From contig CAYQLH010000003.1 of assembly GCA_964418385.1 (NCBI GenBank), positions 4,164 to 44,287 on the forward strand: 40,124 nt of DNA, written 5' to 3'. The notes below the pieces were generated by a model. The model was not told the DNA's origin and did not search any database. It was given only the letters and a program-made list of their open reading frames with translations. This stretch comes from an uncultured Pseudomonadales bacterium (GTDB lineage Bacteria > Patescibacteriota > Microgenomatia > UBA1400 > PJMF01). Positions 1 through 8,237 of the stretch are shown piece by piece. Each line of letters opens with the position of its first letter. Positions within the stretch are counted from its first letter, which is position 1. The position numbers and the translations under genes are program-made.

Positions 1-1826
1 GTGATAATGGTTTCTTGATCTGGGATTAAGTCTTCTTCCGAAAATTCGCCCACTTTGGAGCGGACAACGGTGGTTAAACGCTCGTCGCCGTAAGTAGCGA
101 TCAGTTCTTCCATTTCCTCGATGATAGTATTTAAAATCAGTTGTGGCGAGGCCAGTTTGGTGAGCAAATCGTTGATAGTTTGTTGGATTTGCGCGTATTC
201 AGCCTCAAGTTTGTCGCGTTCCAAGCCTTGCAGGCGGCGCAGTTGCATCGCCAGGATAGCATCAGCCTGCACTTGCGAGAGGCCAAATTTTTCCATCAAG
301 CGCTTGTCGGCGTCGTCGTAGGCAGAGCGAATGGTTTTGATAACTTCGTCAATGTTGTCTAAAGCGATGAGTAAACCTTCCAAAATGTGAGCGCGATCAC
401 GGGCTTTAGTCAATTCAAATTGACTGCGGCGAATGACGACCAGTTGGCGGTGAAGAATGTACTCGCGCAAGATCTGCTTGATGTTCATCAGTTGCGGTAC
501 GCCGTCAGCGTTGAGAGCCACCATGTTGACTGGAAAATTAACTTGGAATTCGGTGAGCTGATAGAGTTTGTTGAGGACAACTTTGGGTTGAGCGTCTTTT
601 TTGAGGTCAATGGTGATCTGGAAACCGTGGCGATCGGAGTGATTATTGACATCCTTGATGCCGACGATTTTTTTAGCCTTGACCAGTTCCACAATGCGGG
701 CAACGATTTTATCACCACTGCACTGATAAGGAACGGCGGTGGAGATAATCTGAATGTGACCTTTGCCGTCATCCACAATTTCTGCCTGGGCGCGGTTGAC
801 AATTCTGCCTTTGCCAGTGCGGTAAACTTCGGCAATCGCTTTTTCGTCAAAAATGAGGCCGCCAGACGGGAAATCTGGACCCTTGATATCGGTCATAATT
901 TCTTCAAAAGTGATGTTGCTGACGAAATGACCGGCGATATCCTTGGGATCGCCAGCAATCGCTTGTTCGATGAGAGCGTGATTGGCTTTGAGACTGTCTT
1001 TGTCGGTAGGCTTGACGATGGCAGTGCTGTCGATCACTTGAGCGTTGTCTACTTGACCATGCTTGATCATATTGATGATAGCATGACCGACTTCGGTGAG
1101 ATTATGAGGGGGAATTTTGGTAGCCATACCGACCGCAATGCCTTCGGAGCCCATGAGCAGAAGATTTGGGATTTTTCCTGGGAGCACGGCTGGCTCTTTG
1201 AGCGAACCGTCGAAGTTGTCGATCATGGGGACGGTATTTTTGTCGATGTCATCAAGGATTTCAGCAGTGATTTTGGCCATGCGTGCTTCAGTGTAACGCA
1301 TTGCCGCGGGGGCGTCGCCGTCGACACTGCCAAAGTTTCCCTGACCATCAATGAGCGGGTAGCGCATATTAAATGGCTGTGCCAGGCGGACAAGTGCCAT
1401 GTAGACGGAAGCATCGCCGTGAGGATGATATTTACCCAAAACGTCGCCAACGATACGCGCTGATTTTTTGTAAGGTGTATTGGCGTGAATGCCAGAGCGG
1501 TGCATAGAATATAAAATGCGCCTATGTACTGGTTTTAACCCGTCACGGGCGTCTGGCAAGGCGCGAGCGACAATGACGCTCATGGCGTAGTCAAGATAAG
1601 ACGTCTCCATTTCCCGAATAATGCTGCGGTTCCAGAGCTGACCATAGTCCGAATGCACAATTTGGGAACGATCGAGATCGCCTAAAGTGGCGATTTCGGC
1701 GGATTCTGCGGCGGCGCCAGCAGCTTGTGCGGAAACAGTCTGATTTTCGTAAGTGTCAGTGGCGTCAGCAGCGGAGGCGGACGCATCGTCCAAATTTTCG
1801 ATGGTGACGTCTTGATCTTGTGCCAT
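1..1826 (-). CDS. gyrA: DNA gyrase subunit A (3' part outside the window)
   Basis: Not in the ORF track because there is no stop in the window. Manual translation from ATG 1826: [10 protein letters not shown]...[31 protein letters not shown]...[19 protein letters not shown]...AAMRYTE...[15 protein letters not shown]...GPDFP. Lies downstream of gyrB. Confidence 0.96.
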   Translation of the reverse strand, partial: MAQDQDVTIENLDDASASAADATDTYENQTVSAQAAGAAAESAEIATLGDLDRSQIVHSDYGQLWNRSIIREMETSYLDYAMSVIVARALPDARDGLKPVHRRILYSMHRSGIHANTPYKKSARIVGDVLGKYHPHGDASVYMALVRLAQPFNMRYPLIDGQGNFGSVDGDAPAAMRYTEARMAKITAEILDDIDKNTVPMIDNFDGSLKEPAVLPGKIPNLLLMGSEGIAVGMATKIPPHNLTEVGHAIINMIKHGQVDNAQVIDSTAIVKPTDKDSLKANHALIEQAIAGDPKDIAGHFVSNITFEEIMTDIKGPDFPSGGLIFDEKAIAEVYRTGKGRIVNRAQAEIVDDGKGHIQIISTAVPYQCSGDKIVARIVELVKAKKIVGIKDVNNHSDRHGFQITIDLKKDAQPKVVLNKLYQLTEFQVNFPVNMVALNADGVPQLMNIKQILREYILHRQLVVIRRSQFELTKARDRAHILEGLLIALDNIDEVIKTIRSAYDDADKRLMEKFGLSQVQADAILAMQLRRLQGLERDKLEAEYAQIQQTINDLLTKLASPQLILNTIIEEMEELIATYGDERLTTVVRSKVGEFSEEDLIPDQETII

Positions 1827-1845
1827 ATTGGTAATCTTTCAACAA

Positions 1846-2346
1846 TTATTCTAGTTCGTCCTGAAAGCGTTTGATGCCATCGGCGAGGATTTTTTCGGCT
1901 TTTTCAATTTTGTGCCAGCCAGAAAGCTTCACCCATTTCCCCTTTTCCAAGTCTTTGTAATGCTCGAAAAAGTGTTTGATTTGTGCTTTTTTGGCTTCGG
2001 GAATGTCATCGAGTGAGTTCCAAGCGCCACAAACCGGGTCGATTTTGGTTTTGGCGGGGACGCAAATGATTTTGTGGTCAATTCCCTCTTCATCTTCCAT
2101 GCCGAGAGCACCGATCATTTTGCATTTGATGACGACACCTGGGGTGACAGGTTCGCTCAAAAAGACCAAAGCATCTAAAGCGTCACCATCTTGACCTTGA
2201 GTGCCTTGGATCAAGCCATAATTGACCGGATAACCCATGGCAGTGGGCATTAAGCGATCCACACAAAGTTCGCCGGTTTCTTCGTCGAGCTCATATTTAA
2301 CGCGAGAACCTTCCGGAATTTCGATGTAAACTTTTAAATCTGGCAT
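1846..2346 (-). CDS. ppa: Family I soluble inorganic pyrophosphatase
   Basis: IEIPEGSRVKYE, YPVNYG, DGDALD (DxDxxD motif), HFFEHYKDLE. Confidence 0.95.
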   Translation of the reverse strand: MPDLKVYIEIPEGSRVKYELDEETGELCVDRLMPTAMGYPVNYGLIQGTQGQDGDALDALVFLSEPVTPGVVIKCKMIGALGMEDEEGIDHKIICVPAKTKIDPVCGAWNSLDDIPEAKKAQIKHFFEHYKDLEKGKWVKLSGWHKIEKAEKILADGIKRFQDELE

Positions 2347-2374
2347 CTAACCTTTCTTGTTAATTTTGCTTGAT

Positions 2375-4396
2375 TTAAATATCTAAATTTGCCAGGCGCG
2401 CGTGCGACTGAATGAATTTTTTGCGTGGGGCGACTTCGTCACCCATCAAAACCGAGAAAATGTTATTCATGGCTTCGGCTTCATCCAAAGTGATGCGTTT
2501 GAGCATGCGATTGGCTGGATTCATCGTGGTTTCCCATAATTGCTCAGCGTTCATTTCGCCCAAACCTTTGTAGCGTTGGACGTTGATGGTGGCATTGGGA
2601 CGTTTTTCCTTAATTTTGGCGATCGCCGCGTCACGTTCGGCTTCGGTGTAAGTGTATTCGGTAGTTTTGCCGTCGGTAACTTTGAAAAGTGGTGGCATGG
2701 CGACGTATAAGTAACCGCCTCTGATGATTTCTGGCAGGTGGCGATAGAAAAAAGTTAAGCCCAAAGTGGTGATGTGCTCGCCATCAACATCAGCATCTGT
2801 CATCAAAATAATACGGTGATATCGCAGTTTTTCCGGTTTGAAAGTCTCCCCTATGCCGGCACCTAAAGCGATAATTAAGTTTTTGAGTTCTTCAGTTTCA
2901 ATGACTTTGTGTAAGCGAGCGCGCTCAGTATTGAGAATTTTGCCGCGTAGGGGGAAAATTGCCTGGAATTTGCGATCACGGCCTTGTTTGGCACTACCGC
3001 CGGCCGAGTCACCCTCGACGATGTAAATTTCGCATTCTTCGGCGTTACGCGATTGACAATCAGCGAGTTTACCTGGCAGACCACCACCTTCAAAAGCGCT
3101 CTTGCGAATGACAGCATCTTTGGCCGCTCTGGCAGCCAGACGAGCATTAGCGGCAACGACCACTTTGTCGATAATGGCTTTTCCGATTTTGGGATTCTCT
3201 TCCAAGAAGTCCGTTAAACTGTCTTTAAAAACTTGGTAAACGGCTGTATGCGCCTCGGAATTGTTAAGACGAGATTTTGTCTGTCCTTCAAATTGGAGGT
3301 CATTAGCGGGCATTTTAACGAAAATAACGGCGGTTAAACCTTCGCGTAAATCTTCGCTGGTAAAGTTTTCTTTTTCCTTGAGAAGTTTATTTTTGTCGGC
3401 GTAGTCTTTGAGGACTTTGAGCAAAGCCGCTCGGAAGCCAGTGACGTGGGTACCACCGTCTGGCGTGGGGATGACGTTGACGTAGGACTCGAGTTTTTCG
3501 GTGTAGTTATCGTTGTATTGCATGGCGACTTCGACGCCAATATGTTTGCCGGTTTCGGCGTCGGACCAAGCTTTATTGACGTAAAAAACGTCATGCACCG
3601 GTTTTTTGGCGCGATTGATGTGCTCCACCAGGGAGCGAATACCGTTTTCAAAGTAATAGTGACGCTTGAGATGAGCGACAGTATCGTCGAGTTCAAAATA
3701 AATGCGAGCCATCAAGTAGGCGCGATCTTTGAGAATATCGACGAGTTGATCGGTGGAGAACTTGGTGGTCTGGAAAATGGTTTTATCTGGTACGAAGCTG
3801 ACAAGCGTGCCGGTTTCGTAAGTTTCGAGTAAAGCTTTGGAAGCGACAGGGAATTTCGCTTTGAAGTCTTCTGGAGAAATGACTTTGACGTGATCGAGAA
3901 TTTCGCCTTGTGAAAGGGCGAGATAATGAAATTTGCCTTCACGTTTAACGACAACTTGCATGATTGCAGAGAGAGCGTTGACAGCAGAGCTGCCGACACC
4001 GTGCAATCCGCCTGAGGCCTGGTAAGCGGTTTCTTCAAATTTACCGCCGGCGTGGAGCTTGGTCAAAACAACTTCCAAAGCGCTGACGCCCGAGGAGTGC
4101 ATATCGACGGGAATGCCGCGACCGTTATCGACAACAATGATTTCTTCTTCGCCCATGGCATCTTTTTTGCTGGGGACGAGATCAAAATATTCATTTGGGG
4201 TGGGATTGTGAAAAAGCTGGATGGTGTGGCCAAAACCAGCGATGGCTTCGTCAACGGCGTTATCGAGAATTTCGCGAGCGAGGTGGTGTAAACCTTTGGC
4301 GTCAGTGGAACCGATGTACATGCCGGGGCGCTTGCGGACGGGTTCAAGACCTTCGAGAACTTTGATTTGTGACGCTTTGTATTCAGTATTTGCCAT
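2375..4396 (-). CDS. gyrB: DNA gyrase subunit B
   Basis: LEGLEPVRKRPGMYIGS, DNGRGIP, GGLHGVG, VEGDSAGGSAKQGR, PLRGK, MTDADVDG, RYKGLGEM. Start moved to ATG 4396 (MANTEY) because the longer ORF reads through the promoter. Confidence 0.97.
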   Translation of the reverse strand: MANTEYKASQIKVLEGLEPVRKRPGMYIGSTDAKGLHHLAREILDNAVDEAIAGFGHTIQLFHNPTPNEYFDLVPSKKDAMGEEEIIVVDNGRGIPVDMHSSGVSALEVVLTKLHAGGKFEETAYQASGGLHGVGSSAVNALSAIMQVVVKREGKFHYLALSQGEILDHVKVISPEDFKAKFPVASKALLETYETGTLVSFVPDKTIFQTTKFSTDQLVDILKDRAYLMARIYFELDDTVAHLKRHYYFENGIRSLVEHINRAKKPVHDVFYVNKAWSDAETGKHIGVEVAMQYNDNYTEKLESYVNVIPTPDGGTHVTGFRAALLKVLKDYADKNKLLKEKENFTSEDLREGLTAVIFVKMPANDLQFEGQTKSRLNNSEAHTAVYQVFKDSLTDFLEENPKIGKAIIDKVVVAANARLAARAAKDAVIRKSAFEGGGLPGKLADCQSRNAEECEIYIVEGDSAGGSAKQGRDRKFQAIFPLRGKILNTERARLHKVIETEELKNLIIALGAGIGETFKPEKLRYHRIILMTDADVDGEHITTLGLTFFYRHLPEIIRGGYLYVAMPPLFKVTDGKTTEYTYTEAERDAAIAKIKEKRPNATINVQRYKGLGEMNAEQLWETTMNPANRMLKRITLDEAEAMNNIFSVLMGDEVAPRKKFIQSHARLANLDI

Positions 4397-4406
4397 AAGG
4401 ATCATG

Positions 4407-4435
4407 ATTTTATCATTGAAGACATTTTTTGTCAA
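4407..4435 (-). promoter_or_regulatory. Sigma70-type promoter of gyrB-ppa-gyrA
   Basis: Minus strand reads TTGACA-17 nt-TAAAAT with an extended TG, 10 nt before the gyrB ATG. Confidence 0.8.
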
Positions 4436-4518
4436 CGCCCAAAAAGGATGGATTCTGGGCGAAAACAAGCACGAAGAGCGTGAAAAGGCACGAGGGAAGA
4501 AGAACGGTTAATTGTCTT

Positions 4519-4624
4519 TGCGGTAATTATGCGGTAAAAACGACATTTTTGCAAAATTATTCACGCATAATTTGCGGTAATAACAGCTATAAAAGTTATC
4601 AAAGTGCTGTTTTGCGGTAATAAC
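4519..4624. repeat. Four direct copies of TGCGGTAA; two share TTTGCGGTAATAAC
   Basis: Copies at 4519, 4530, 4573 and 4613. The 14-mer TTTGCGGTAATAAC occurs at 4571-4584 and 4611-4624. Confidence 0.8.
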
Positions 4625-4698
4625 GTGATCAGTAGGGTTAGCGAGTAAAAATTGGCGTCGAAGCGCTTTGTCGGTCAAAGGCATGACTTGCCAAATCT

Positions 4699-5052
4699 TA
4701 TAGTCATACAAACATCTCTTTATAGGGTTTTTAAGTCAAGTGAAAAATGGCGTTTGCAATAGTGGAAGATATATAGGTTTTTTGTTTACTTGAGGATCGC
4801 TTTATAGGACTTTAATCATGAGTTTTTCTTGAGGTTTGAAATATTATAGGCTGTTAACGTGAGAGACTTATAATTTGTGTTTAAAAAATATGGGTTTTTG
4901 GGGTTAAAGACCGATAAGATTTGGCAGCTTATGGGCTTTTAACTAGATTTAGGGTTAAATTGCGAGCAAGAAATGACATTAATTTTTGATTATAGGTTAG
5001 TTTTGAATAGCAAAAAAAATGAAAAAAAGCTGAATAAATTGCGATATATAGG
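4699..5052. repeat. Array of same-orientation TATAGG/TATGGG motifs in AT-rich DNA
   Basis: TATAG(T) at 4699; TATAGG at 4721, 4772, 4803, 4845, 4991 and 5047; TATGGG at 4889 and 4930. Confidence 0.7.
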
Positions 5053-5367
5053 TAAAATTTTTGAGAAGTTACACTCATGTGAAAACTGACGCTAAGGTGT
5101 ATCGATTTGAGCAAATTTTGTCTAGATAGCGACTTGGCTTGTGCTGAGCAAAAACGTTATTAGTGTCGAAATGTCTTATAGCAGTAAAGTGGTAATAATA
5201 GTGATTAATGAATAGTAAAGATGATTTAGCGGTAGTTTTGGCAGATTATTCTTGGTCCTGCTAAAGAGATTAGTGTTGAAAAAAATCTTGATAAATCGTG
5301 TAAACGCTGTTTATAGCTGTTTGCAAATTTCAGCGCGAGAATTTGCACTGGAAAATTATCATTTGTC

Positions 5368-5376
5368 TGGTATAAT
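5368..5376 (+). promoter_or_regulatory. Extended -10 promoter of rnpA (leaderless type)
   Basis: TGGTATAAT followed 6 nt later by ATG 5383; no SD sequence. Confidence 0.7.
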
Positions 5377-5382
5377 ATATTT

Positions 5383-5736
5383 ATGATCGCAAAAAAATAT
5401 CGTTTAACTGGTCACGTGAAAGAAGACTTTTTTTTGACAGCACAAGTGTGGTATTTGCGTTGGGGTCGCATTTATTACAAGCAGGGTGCAACTGCAGATG
5501 GACGGGTGAAATTTGGGATTTTTGTTTCACCCAAACGAATTGCGAGTAGTGTTTGGCGACACCGGGCAAAACGGCTTTTGACGGGAACGCTGAAAGAATT
5601 ATTGATAGATCTGCCTTGGTTACCTGGCGAAATCGTGATCGTGGTTAATGAGCGCATTTTGGCGCAGGAATGGGAGCAAATTTGGCAAGATGTGCACTAT
5701 TTTTGGGAGCGCAATTGGCAGGCGAAAAAACCATAA
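5383..5736 (+). CDS. rnpA: Ribonuclease P protein component (divergent)
   Basis: 117 aa basic protein with N-terminal KKYRL, KFGIFVSPK, and SVWRHRAKRLL (variant of AVxRNRxKR). Confidence 0.85.
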   Translation: MIAKKYRLTGHVKEDFFLTAQVWYLRWGRIYYKQGATADGRVKFGIFVSPKRIASSVWRHRAKRLLTGTLKELLIDLPWLPGEIVIVVNERILAQEWEQIWQDVHYFWERNWQAKKP

Positions 5737-5776
5737 GTGGTGGTAGAATATAAGAAATTGACAAAGTGAGGAAAGT

Positions 5777-7747
5777 ATGAACATTTTAGTGCCAGTAACT
5801 TGGTTGAGCGAGTATATTGAAACCTCGATGACGCCTGAAGAATTAGCTGCTTTGGGGTCATTGCATGGACCGTCTTTTGAGCGAATTGAAACAATTGAAG
5901 GCGAGCCGGTATACGACATTGAAATTACGACTAACCGAGTAGATGCGATGAGTATCAAGGGTTTAGCGCGGGAATTGGCGGCGATTGGTCGCGGGAAAGT
6001 GACGCCCAAAAAACTGGCTCAGACGCGAAAAATTGATTTTCAGCTGGAAACAGACGAATTGTCGTTGCCGCGGGTGCGCGTGGAAACCACGGCCGTGAAA
6101 AAGATCGCTTGTGTGGTTTTGGATCAGGTGAAAAACTGCGATTCGCCGGCGTGGTTGCAAAAAAGATTGCACCAAATCGGGCAAAATAGTCACGGGATTA
6201 TCGTGGATATGTCCAATTACGTCACTCATGAGCTAGGACACCCGTGTCACACGTTTGATTACGATAAAATTATGGCTTTGGGTGGGGAAATAATTGTGAA
6301 GCAGGCAGCTAAGGGTAAGAAATTTGTGACTTTGGATGAGAGCGAGCATGAAACTTATGGCGGCGAGGTAGTTTTTGAGAGTAAAAATGGAGAAATTATT
6401 GATTTACCGGCAATAAAAGGGACAGCAAATACCGCGGTTGATGCCAATACCAAACGAGTACTTTTTTGGTTGGAAAACATGGATGCACCGACAGTACGCC
6501 AGGCAAGCATGCGGCACGCGATTCGCACGGTGGCGGCGGTGCTTAACGAAAAAAACGTCGATCCGGCTTTGATTGAAGAGGTTTTGTCGCTCGGGGTGGA
6601 GATTTTGCGAAAAAATGCCGATGCTAAGGTGGCGAGTGATGTTTTTGTGTATCAAGATGAAAGCTTAAAGGCACCGATAAAGCCGATTATGCTTGATCTG
6701 GAGCGAGTAAACGAGTATTTGGGGGTAAAAATTACTCCAGAGAGAGTGCGTGAAATCTTACAGGATCTTGGGTTCAAAATTTGTGAACAAAATAAGCAAA
6801 AATGGTTGGTGACTCCACCAACTTTTCGTGCTCACGATGTGACAATGGAAGCTGATCTGATTGAGGAAGTGGCGCGTTTGTACGGTTATCATTTGTTGCC
6901 GAGCAAACTTGATTTCCCGACAGTTTTAATCGAGCCACAGTCGCAATTTGATTTCCAACTCGAAAATCGCTTGAAACACGCCTTGGTGGATAACGGTTTG
7001 ACGGAAGTGTACACTTACTCGATGATTAGTCGCGAGCAAGCGGGGAAAAATGCTGATAAATGGTTAAAACTTACTAATCCACTTACCGAGGATAAAGAGT
7101 ATTTGCGCCAGAGTTTGATCCCGAGTTTACTGGCAGTGTATGCGGAGCAAAATGTGGATCCGGAACGAATTGCCGGCGTTTTTGAGTTGGCAAACGTTTA
7201 TTTTCCAGGTGAAACTCGCGACAGCGTGGATGAGCGTTTAAAGCTTGCCTGGGTAGTGACTCTCCCCTATCGCGAGACGCGAGCACTTTTGGAATATCTT
7301 TTGCGCTTGTCTGGTGTGAGCGCCAAAATCGGTCAAAATGGGCAAATTATGGTCGGGAAAGACGTTTTGGGTGCAATTGAGGCACATGGCGCTAAGTTGG
7401 CAGTGGAGCTGGATATGCAGCTGCTCGTACAGGCGCGACGACCGCTGGTGGTGCGTGGCAACTGTGATCAAAAACCACAAGTGTTGGAAGATTTGACCTT
7501 TGTGATTCCGGCTGGCAGCAGTGTTGGTGACGTTTTGGAAGCAATTACGGCAGCGTCGCCACTGGTGAGTGGAGTGCGTTTGGGCGCAATTTACCGTGAT
7601 CATTATACTTTTCACCTGGAATACCGACGTGATGGCGAGGCTTTGACTTCTAGCGAGCTGATGCCTGTGCGTCGTCAGATTGTGGCACAAGTAGCAAAAA
7701 TGGGGGCACAACTGGTAGGGAGTTTGGAAGAAGTGGAAAAAGATTGA
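5777..7747 (+). CDS. pheT: Phenylalanine-tRNA ligase beta subunit (short form lacking the B2 domain)
   Basis: IEITTNRVDAMSIKGLARE, NYVTHELGHPCHTFD, PPTFRAHDV...DLIEEVARLYGY, LTNPL...LRQSLIPSLL, C-terminal EDLTFV anticodon-binding domain. Confidence 0.95.
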   Translation: MNILVPVTWLSEYIETSMTPEELAALGSLHGPSFERIETIEGEPVYDIEITTNRVDAMSIKGLARELAAIGRGKVTPKKLAQTRKIDFQLETDELSLPRVRVETTAVKKIACVVLDQVKNCDSPAWLQKRLHQIGQNSHGIIVDMSNYVTHELGHPCHTFDYDKIMALGGEIIVKQAAKGKKFVTLDESEHETYGGEVVFESKNGEIIDLPAIKGTANTAVDANTKRVLFWLENMDAPTVRQASMRHAIRTVAAVLNEKNVDPALIEEVLSLGVEILRKNADAKVASDVFVYQDESLKAPIKPIMLDLERVNEYLGVKITPERVREILQDLGFKICEQNKQKWLVTPPTFRAHDVTMEADLIEEVARLYGYHLLPSKLDFPTVLIEPQSQFDFQLENRLKHALVDNGLTEVYTYSMISREQAGKNADKWLKLTNPLTEDKEYLRQSLIPSLLAVYAEQNVDPERIAGVFELANVYFPGETRDSVDERLKLAWVVTLPYRETRALLEYLLRLSGVSAKIGQNGQIMVGKDVLGAIEAHGAKLAVELDMQLLVQARRPLVVRGNCDQKPQVLEDLTFVIPAGSSVGDVLEAITAASPLVSGVRLGAIYRDHYTFHLEYRRDGEALTSSELMPVRRQIVAQVAKMGAQLVGSLEEVEKD

Positions 7748-7766
7748 TGTGCAGGGAAATTTTGGA

Positions 7767-8189
7767 ATGCAAAGTCAAGAAAAAATGCCAGAGATGACGA
7801 TTGAGGGCGCAGGTGAAGCATTGAAACAAGCAGTCGCTGCTGAAACAGCGCCAGAAGGATCACAGGAGCAAACTGCAACAGTGCAGACGGTAGAAGCGGC
7901 TTCTGCGGCGGTTGAAACCGTACCAACGCTGGAGGCAGCGTCGCCGACGGTGGATAAAAAAATAAGTGATAATGCAGATGAGGTTAAAGAATTTGAGCGG
8001 GAATATCGAGCACCTGAACCTGATTTTTCACCCGCAGAAGAGCAATTGGCCAAGACATTAAATGAAGGTGGCTATTTGGTGGGTGTGCGCGAAAAGCTGT
8101 CGACAAATCCTGACGAAGGCAGTGGTTGGTTGCAGACAGCGCGAGAATGGTTGACGCGGAAAGTGAACGCCATCATGAATCGCGAATAA
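7767..8189 (+). CDS. Hypothetical acidic, Ala/Glu-rich protein with a C-terminal amphipathic Trp helix
   Basis: Co-oriented ORF filling the pheT-ATPase gap. The start could be 7749, 7767 or later. C-terminus GSGWLQTAREWLTRKV. Confidence 0.75.
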   Translation: MQSQEKMPEMTIEGAGEALKQAVAAETAPEGSQEQTATVQTVEAASAAVETVPTLEAASPTVDKKISDNADEVKEFEREYRAPEPDFSPAEEQLAKTLNEGGYLVGVREKLSTNPDEGSGWLQTAREWLTRKVNAIMNRE

Positions 8190-8237
8190 GGCGATTGCGG
8201 TGTTAAACCGGCGATTTTTGTTATATAATAGAGATGT

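Noticed and set aside
915-1060. Intein in GyrA
   Set aside because: The insert is too short, is not at the catalytic Tyr site, and lacks the Cys/Ser start and His-Asn end.
387-1463. 358-aa plus-strand ORF
   Set aside because: Antisense shadow of gyrA, which carries all the conserved motifs on the minus strand; the shadow has no recognisable motifs.
4571-4624. 16S rRNA fragment (GCGGTAATA resembles the conserved 515-530 region)
   Set aside because: The match is only ~9 nt; the flanking GTGCCAGCAGCC is absent and the context is AT-rich.
4519-5052. CRISPR array
   Set aside because: Repeats are only 6-14 bp with irregular spacing, and there are no cas1/cas2 genes.
4508-5114. Small minus-strand ORFs (67 aa and 61 aa) or a hidden rpmH in the intergenic region
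   Set aside because: No L34-like MKRT..RxRxHGF sequence was found; the ORFs have no motifs and reflect AT-rich repeats.
4436-5367. Active oriC between gyrB and rnpA
   Set aside because: No perfect TTATCCACA boxes (only one-mismatch hits such as TTATTCACG near 4557), no dnaA/dnaN, and by eye the plus strand is G/T-rich on both sides, so there is no evident skew switch. Kept only as one hypothesis for the repeat array.
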